Shown in pieces: positions 60,643 through 64,000 of a stretch of 64,000 nucleotides of DNA. Made by a program: the position numbers and the translations under genes. Every line of letters starts with the position of its first letter. Positions within the stretch are counted from its first letter, which is position 1. Below the pieces are notes generated by a model. It was not told where the DNA came from and searched no databases. It was given only the letters and a program-made list of their open reading frames with translations. Source of the DNA: a virus (lineage: Duplodnaviria; Caudoviricetes); the IMG/VR virus record IMGVR_UViG_3300029305_002894, positions 2,559 to 66,558 of that record. The stretch is one strand, 5' to 3'.

Positions 60643-61470
60643 ATGATTGCGATAAAAAAATTGAAGGTAAATGGATACTCTTCAAATGATTTTCCTACAT
60701 TTGATTTAATACTAGATTGCTCAGTGGGAGATTCGGACAACGGAACTATGTCAACTTATTTAACAAGGGAAGGGGTTGCTTCCGAAACATATGACGGTCG
60801 TAGGAAAAACATATCAAATTTAAAATACACGGAAGTGTTCTCACCCAAGGTGACAATTTTAAAGAAAGATTTTAAAGACTTCACAATGGACGAACAACGC
60901 CAAGTACTAAAATGGCTTACAGGAAGTGATAAAGTAACATTTTTTGACTTATATGACGACATTTATTCCGAAGCTCCCATCTACTGTATTTTGGGTTTTG
61001 TGAGTACGATCGAGACATATAAGATAGCCAACCAGAGGACAATAGGATATGTGGTTACCATAGAATCGGTTAGCCCTTTTGCCTATTCTCCAATCAACAC
61101 ATACCAACGCACAATAACAGAACCAACGACATTCATGGTTACTTGCGACAATGACGACACATCATATGTTTATCCTCGTGTCACAGTAAAACATAATGGC
61201 ACGAGCGTAGAAATCAAAAACTCTACAACCAATACAACAACAGCCGTTCGTAATAGTGTTGCTGGTGAAACAGTAACAATAGACGGTGCAAACAAATTGA
61301 TTTATTCTAGTCGTACCAATCGTACTTTTGGTCCAGATTTTGGCACAGATGATATCCACAACCAATGGGTTTGGTTACCACTTGCCGATGGTGACAATAT
61401 GATTACTGTCACAGGAAACTGTGATTTGACGCTTGAATGGAGAGAAGTACGCAAAATTGGAGAATTCTGA
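60643..61470 (+). CDS. Distal tail protein (Dit-like)
   Basis: 275 aa directly after the tape measure; SVSPFAYS, VYPRVTV, ITIDG..KLI and W..L..G.N.I.VTGNC motifs. Confidence 0.75.
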   Translation: MIAIKKLKVNGYSSNDFPTFDLILDCSVGDSDNGTMSTYLTREGVASETYDGRRKNISNLKYTEVFSPKVTILKKDFKDFTMDEQRQVLKWLTGSDKVTFFDLYDDIYSEAPIYCILGFVSTIETYKIANQRTIGYVVTIESVSPFAYSPINTYQRTITEPTTFMVTCDNDDTSYVYPRVTVKHNGTSVEIKNSTTNTTTAVRNSVAGETVTIDGANKLIYSSRTNRTFGPDFGTDDIHNQWVWLPLADGDNMITVTGNCDLTLEWREVRKIGEF

Positions 61471-61525
61471 GATATAAACAAGGAGTAGTTTTATGAAAAT
61501 AATAATATTAAAGGAGGTGTAAACT

Positions 61526-64000
61526 ATGAGACTTACAATTCCTAAAGATCATTTCGATAACCCTAAGCAACCTCGTTTGTTTTTATGCAACACTGGTAAA
61601 AAACGTCTTGGTGAATTGCAAGCCACAGATGTTACACTAGACGGAAAGTGGAATTCTTACTCGACACTTAACTTAACGGTAGATTCTACTTACACAGATT
61701 TAATTACAGGGGAAACAAAACGCCACCCGTTGTTTGATAAACTTGAGGGTTTACGTAATATTGAAGTTGAGGGTGGTTATGGATACTTTACAATTCAAGA
61801 CCCAGATAACAGTATTGGAGACAAAGAAAGCAAAACGATATCGGCGTTTAGTGCAGAATATGGGCTTGGAACCAAATTTTTAGTAGGGTTTAAAATTAAT
61901 AAAGGTGAAGTTGATAGTGTTGAAGTAATGTATAATTCAGATAAGTTTGGTGAAGATTATGATGTTACAAACCAATACACATTAGCTCAATCCGGAGAAT
62001 ATGATGCTTACACAAAATATTACGCAAAAGAATATACGGATACAGATTCTTACACATACGAAAGAGTTCAGGTTGTAGACGAAGATGATTACGAGTTACA
62101 TTTTAATGATAGAGATAAATCTTATCAGCCACTTTATGTGACAGTATACAAAAATGTTCAATTTTATAATAAAAATACCCCAGAGCTATCGTTGTTACAT
62201 TTAATACTTGAGAAGGCACCAGAATGGTCTATTGATGATAGTAAAATGACAACAAAGCTTATGACTAGTGAGAGAAGTTTTGATATTTCAAGAGAAAGCA
62301 TTTATAACTTCCTTGTGAACGATGTAACAGAAAAATTCAATGTCATCATTGAGTTTGATAACATTACCAACACAATCATTCCTTATGAAGCAACAGAGGA
62401 TGGTTTGACCGAAGATGGTACTATTGATCAAGAGTGGGGTAGTGATGTATTCATCTCTAAAGACAACTTAGCACAAGAAATATCGATCCGATATTCTGTT
62501 GACGATATTGTCACTAAACTTCAAGTTTCTGGTGCCGACGACCTATCCTTCCGTGAAGTAAACCTTGGTTCAAACTATATTATGAATCTTGATTATTACC
62601 ACAACCTTAATTGGATGGATGTGGATATCTACGAAGCGTACCAACGCTATCTTGATGCCGTGGCACTTTATGGTCCAAAATATGAAGCTGAAATGCAAAA
62701 GTGGGTTGCGGCGTATAACACTTGGAACGATATGATGAATGCTGTTCCAGTTGAGGGCAATGTAGTTTTAGTAGGAGATGAGTTTAAGAAACTTTACTGT
62801 ACATACACGCCTTGGGATACTGCGTACATAAATCCAGGTATTACATTGAGTAGTTCTAATATAAATCAATATCAAACCTTTGATAATTTGTATTCAACTA
62901 AAAAAGAAACATATACCAACACAGATTATATCGATAAAACAGAACTATCTAATGGAACCATGTTTTGTGTACAAGGCTACAAGTATGTTTATGATAAAGA
63001 TAATAGTAACTTTGTATATCAAGGCAATTTCTTTGACATTAATAAAATTGCATTAATAAACAAATTAAATACCTACCATGTGAATGATGACCTTGATGGT
63101 ACACAAACAGACAATATCTTACTTCGTCTTAAAAACGACAATGATGATGTGGCTACTGTTCGTATTTACGATCCACATAAAGCTGTCACATCTTGGACTA
63201 GTATTCCGAATGAAGCTGTTATCTATAGAAGAGAATTACAACTTAATAATAAATGGAAATATTATGAGCTAGGTAGAAGAATAGATAATTCAACAGATAT
63301 AAGAAATAAAATAACAGAAACACAATTTAATAACTTATTACAACAACACACAACACTTTATATAAGTGATTATATAGTGTCTTATACGATTTACAATGCC
63401 GAAGCTGGTATTAATGGGGCGGAAGTTAAACGTTCTCTTAATGATTGGTTACATGGGTATTTAACAATTGATAATGAAAACCCAGTGTATACAATGAGTC
63501 AGCTGAAAGGTTATAAAATATCTTACATTGGTGTTATGGGCTCATATCTTTGTTTAGCGAAACAAGAAATACAAAACATCGGTAATGGTACATATGTGCC
63601 AACAGAGTATTTACGTTCTTATGGTGTTAAGTTGTTAGAAGAAAAACACAAAGTGTACACAACCATATTCCAAACACAAACCGAAGCGTTATTTTCAAAA
63701 GAAAAGTATCAATGTGTTGTATCTGACGACCAACCTTTGGGTGAATTTCCTAACGGCACTCGCTGGTTAGATTCTAACTCAACGCCAGCACAATTATATT
63801 CATATGTTTGGGATGATAGTACAAGTAAAGGATACTGGCAAAAAATAGATGGAACATTATCTCCCGAAGATAAGGGTGGGTACGAAGATTACGAACGCTA
63901 TCTCGATAATTTCAATAAACTCAAGGCGGTACAAACTGTACTTGCTGAAAAGAGTCGTGAAGCAAACTACTCACTTAATGGACACGCTGTTCCTAACCTT
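61526..64000 (+). CDS. Tail-associated hub/Tal-like minor structural protein (partial, runs off window)
   Basis: RBS GGAGGT, ATG 61526, MRLTIPKDHFDNPKQPRLFLCNTGKKRLGEL...; ERSFDISRESIYNF and IVTKLQVSGADDL..REVNLG segments; no in-frame stop noticed. Confidence 0.7.
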   Translation, partial: MRLTIPKDHFDNPKQPRLFLCNTGKKRLGELQATDVTLDGKWNSYSTLNLTVDSTYTDLITGETKRHPLFDKLEGLRNIEVEGGYGYFTIQDPDNSIGDKESKTISAFSAEYGLGTKFLVGFKINKGEVDSVEVMYNSDKFGEDYDVTNQYTLAQSGEYDAYTKYYAKEYTDTDSYTYERVQVVDEDDYELHFNDRDKSYQPLYVTVYKNVQFYNKNTPELSLLHLILEKAPEWSIDDSKMTTKLMTSERSFDISRESIYNFLVNDVTEKFNVIIEFDNITNTIIPYEATEDGLTEDGTIDQEWGSDVFISKDNLAQEISIRYSVDDIVTKLQVSGADDLSFREVNLGSNYIMNLDYYHNLNWMDVDIYEAYQRYLDAVALYGPKYEAEMQKWVAAYNTWNDMMNAVPVEGNVVLVGDEFKKLYCTYTPWDTAYINPGITLSSSNINQYQTFDNLYSTKKETYTNTDYIDKTELSNGTMFCVQGYKYVYDKDNSNFVYQGNFFDINKIALINKLNTYHVNDDLDGTQTDNILLRLKNDNDDVATVRIYDPHKAVTSWTSIPNEAVIYRRELQLNNKWKYYELGRRIDNSTDIRNKITETQFNNLLQQHTTLYISDYIVSYTIYNAEAGINGAEVKRSLNDWLHGYLTIDNENPVYTMSQLKGYKISYIGVMGSYLCLAKQEIQNIGNGTYVPTEYLRSYGVKLLEEKHKVYTTIFQTQTEALFSKEKYQCVVSDDQPLGEFPNGTRWLDSNSTPAQLYSYVWDDSTSKGYWQKIDGTLSPEDKGGYEDYERYLDNFNKLKAVQTVLAEKSREANYSLNGHAVPNL

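Larger units (their letters stand above)
1..64000 (+). other. Transcription, head and tail module of a large SPbeta-like siphovirus (phage or prophage)
   Basis: All credible genes are on +. Order RNAP, HU/phosphoesterase, terminase, portal, protease/scaffold, capsid, neck, tube, fibres, tape measure, Dit, Tal parallels the SPbeta yon/yom region (from recall). No host housekeeping genes or att sites seen. Confidence 0.85.

Noticed and set aside
331-63272. Numerous 60-140 aa minus-strand and nested plus-strand ORFs in the track
   Set aside because: They lie inside long plus-strand genes, lack RBS or motifs, and are expected by chance.
1-64000. Stop-codon reassignment
   Set aside because: Genes are long and tightly packed under the standard code; the only breaks are explained by introns.

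Overview
The whole window is one co-oriented (+ strand), AT-rich block from a large siphovirus-type phage with SPbeta-like gene order; a low-GC Firmicutes host is an inference. In order it carries: a YonO-type single-subunit RNA polymerase, ClpP-like and PhoH genes, six tRNAs with structured spacers, HU-like and metallophosphoesterase genes, packaging and head genes, neck and tail-tube genes, and about 19.5 kb of fibre/adhesin genes (collagen-like, YadA-like, BspA-type LRR, a GT2 glycosyltransferase, a 2,343-aa LRR spike with an S74 autochaperone). These are followed by a RuvC-like resolvase, the tape-measure gene, a Dit-like gene and a Tal-like gene cut by the window end. Main hidden structure: the two large ORFs at 43610 and 55287 are one tape-measure gene split by two related group I introns (53543-54750, encoding an endonuclease, and 54876-55186, ORF-less) around an unannotated 125-nt micro-exon. 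Splicing at the predicted U|...G junctions restores the frame and gives a 5,126-aa protein that also contains a JAB/MPN-like metal-site motif. Family assignments come from motif recognition and synteny only; no database searches were run.
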